In this document: positions 60,850 through 64,000 of the stretch, piece after piece
Layout: each line of letters begins with the position of its first letter
Position numbering within the stretch: position 1 is the stretch's first letter
Assembly (NCBI RefSeq): GCF_009914755.1
Contig: NC_060947.1
Source: the human T2T-CHM13v2.0 reference genome, Homo sapiens
Direction: 5' to 3' (one strand)
DNA length: 64,000 bases
Notes under the pieces: model-generated
Told to the model about the DNA's origin: nothing
The model's input: only the letters and a program-made list of their open reading frames with translations
Databases searched by the model: none
Translations under genes and position numbers: made by a program

Positions 60850-62598
60850 CTTCCACAAAACAAACAAACAAAACACGATTATTGACAGTGATGAAACATT
60901 ATTATTATATTATTTCATCAGTATGTAAATAACAGAAAGCTTAGATAGTAATGATAAAGAAGTAAAAAGCTTATATGCATAAGAAAATAACTCATGGGGA
61001 TCAGATACACTCAATTTCCCATAAGTGTGAAAATAAGACATGTCTGTTTATTTGGCATACTTAATAAAATGAACGTATTGCCCGATGATGATAATTCAGC
61101 TGTTTGTGTGACAATGCTTTTCTGTGAATGGAGAAAAACAAGGCTTTTTAAAATAATATGTTTCAGTTGGAAAAGTAATTTTATTGGCATACATAGAAAT
61201 AGTTATTCTTTGTGTTCTTTCATAATGTTTTACTATTTTAAATATTCTAAGAACTTCATAATCATGTATCTACAGAAACTCTCATAAATTAAAAAGAAAA
61301 AACGAAAAGTGCATAAAACGTAGTTTGGCAATTCACAAAGAAGATAATATATGGCAATACATGTATATAAAAGATGTTCTAATACCATTTATAGTTAAAT
61401 GATTGCAAATCGAAGTGAATTAATGCATTTTCACATGTTAAGACAGGGAAAAATAATAATTAATAAAGAGCCCATTTTGGGCAGGGATGTGGGAAAATCA
61501 AAGTTTTTATACTTGTTGAGGGAAATATCCAACATAATACAACCTTTTAGATAGTAAGATGGCAAAACATATAAAAATGTTAATGTCCACGAATCTGAGT
61601 CAACTGCTCCATTTTTTGAGAGTGAATCATGCCAACCAAAGTGTAGAGACTAACATGTACAATATTTAATTCAGCTTTAAAGACCAAACATCTTGAAAAC
61701 AAACCCAAAGGTGCTTTCATGAGAGATTAAATTATGACATATATATACTATGGGATACTGTGCATCACAAATACATCTTTACTGAAATGAAAAGTGGCTC
61801 AATATAAAGTTTTACGTGTAAAATGCAAGTTGCAAAAGAGTCTGTCTGTGGTTATAGAAAACATCTGCTATTTAAAGCCTCACGCATTTTTGAAAACTAA
61901 AACTTTCTACAATGGACTCCATTACTCATTAACCAGAAAAATGCAAAACTTAAAACATCTAAAAGAAAATCATACACCTTGTTACAAGGCACTCTATAGT
62001 ATTACAATCATTATACATAGTGCTTTTACTTTAAAAAGTAACTCTATTCAAAAGATGGTATTCTTCTCTCTGGTTGAAACAACATTATACATTTTAAGTA
62101 ACAGAGTTTTCATAGTATTGTTTTAATATATAATGCACAGTTTTAGTAAAATGAAGTGTTCATGGTACTTTGCCCAATAGTAAATATGTGTAGAATCACT
62201 ATCGCATTGATTTTCCTTATAATTTACAACCATTTTGAGCCTAATATAGATAATACTTCATTTTAGGTTCTTTACTTACCTAGGTAAATGTAGTACTTGA
62301 TCTACTACAATGTAAATAAATGTTTCACCCTAACACATCTAGAACAATATGTCTTGCAATTGTACTAGAAAAGGTATAAATGTTATTTTGTGCAGTCAAT
62401 GAACCTATAATAAACTTAAGAAAACATGCTGCTATTTTTGCTATTTTATAAATTAAGAAATCCTGCTGCTAAATTTCTACTTAGAAACTCTGCTCTGTTA
62501 TAATCTTTTAAGGCAGTTGGTGAAGCTACAAAAATATTAGAGGGACTAATGGAATTCAGCCAAGACTTCTAGTAAAAACTATACATTCACATACATAC

Positions 62599-62600
<2 letters not shown>

Positions 62601-62642
<42 letters not shown>

Positions 62643-62652
62643 TGTGTGTGTG
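62601..62652. repeat. (TG)n microsatellite
   Basis: About 26 TG units with one interruption. Confidence 0.95.
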
Positions 62653-62664
62653 CACGCGCTCAAG

Positions 62665-63760
62665 TATGGTGAGATATTGTTGGATCCTGGAAATTTTGAA
62701 GGCAAAAACGACAGCATTTGGTGATAGATTTGATGTTCGGCTGTAAGAGAAATATAGGAGACAAGAAAATCTCGTGGGATTTGGCTTGAATAAGTGGAAA
62801 GATGGAGGTGCCATTTGTAATAACAGGCAAATTTCTAGGGTAGTAGACTGGGGTATACATCAGGAATTTTGTTTTAACATGTTAGATTTAATATGCCTAT
62901 TATTAATTGATGTGGAGGTGTTGAGTGGGCAAATGGGTATGCAGGTCTAGGATCATTAGAAAGGGTCCAGATTGTTAAAAAAAAAAAAAAAAAACTTACA
63001 GCAGGAACAACTTACAGATTACATTTAAAACTATGGAGCTTGATAAGTTGACCCGGAGAGTGAGTGGTAATAGGGGGAAAAAAAAAAGGAGTCCACAGAC
63101 TGAGCCCTGGAACACTTTCAAATTTAGTGGTCAGGGCAATAGAACCACCAAGGATATTGACAGTGGTCAGGGAAAACTAAGAGATAATTAAGAAAGAATG
63201 ATGACACAGAAGCCAACTGAATTTAGCGATTTAGTAATACGAATTCACTGATGACCCTGACAAAATCTGCTTTAATAGAATAGTGAGGATAACAGTTTGA
63301 TTAGCTCTCTTAATTGGCATCAAGAGAGAAGGGAAGGAGTGAAATGGAGAGAAAGGAATGTCTGTAAAGGGAAACGGGAATGGAGAGGTTGCTAGAGAGA
63401 TTGTTGTCCAATTGAGGATTCTTTTAAATGACAGGAGATATTACAGAATAATTCTCTACTGATGGGAATGATGGGAATGATGTAGCGTGGAGAAGATGTA
63501 GGAGGTAGAGGGCTGTTCATTAGCTGTTACAATGTCCTTGTGCAGAGACAAGGGAAAGGGATCCAGGTACGTAAGTGGAAAAGCTGGCCTTAGACAAAAG
63601 CACAGAAAGTTCATCTATGTAAACAAAGGGAAAGTAGAGTCTGTGAGCTTATATGCAGGTCAGTGGGAGTACTGCAACTTCTATTCTGATTGCTTATATT
63701 TTCTCGGTAAAACAAGAAGCTAGTTTTTGCAGAAAGATGGAAAAACAGACTGTTAGAGAT
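62665..63760 (-). mobile_element. L2 fragment
   Basis: ggcttgaataagtggaaagatggaggtgccattt...catgttagatttaatatgcctatt...gactgagccctggaacact, typical antisense L2. Confidence 0.75.
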
Positions 63761-64000
63761 CTGACGAAAGAGATCTGGGGATCACTACACCCAAAGAGTA
63801 TACTGACCCAGAGAAAGACAATGATCTGCAAGCTGGCAGAAAGACATCCACGTAACCTCTAAATCCCATTTATTGATAACTATTTACTATAAATTTAAAG
63901 CCACTAATAATTAAAATATATAACCATATATTATTTACTTAGAAAGTATACATGTTTTATAATTCTATATATGTAGGTTTCTATTTGTTTTCTATCTAAC

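Overview
Human (or very closely related primate) genomic DNA lying entirely inside the dystrophin gene DMD (Xp21), which is transcribed on the minus strand. The window runs from intron 25 (right end) to intron 30 (left end). It contains coding exons 26-30 (171, 183, 135, 150 and 162 nt; rod-domain spectrin repeats ~R8-R10) and the retinal Dp260 promoter with its two alternative N-termini (MTEMILLIFFPAYFLN and MSARKLRNLSYKK) just upstream of exon 30. The rest is AT-rich intron full of L1, Alu, L2, MIR, DNA-transposon and LTR relics; the other ORFs in the track are repeat-derived or chance. Most notable observations: (1) the Dp260 first-exon region is multiply wired, with a strong internal acceptor defining a 45-nt in-frame cassette that reads Ser-STOP-ATG(Dp260), and a 51-codon upstream ORF whose stop overlaps the same ATG (AUGA); (2) two neighbouring twin-primed L1s of different subfamily age share a 150-bp identical tract with the same non-consensus mutations, suggesting non-allelic gene conversion; (3) a heavily decayed Ty3/Gypsy pol-like relic in intron 29; (4) a GC-AG intron 30 donor and a latent 119-nt pseudoexon in intron 27. 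No prokaryotic-type system, CRISPR array or RNA gene was found. Repeat subfamily calls and boundaries of old repeats are by eye and approximate.
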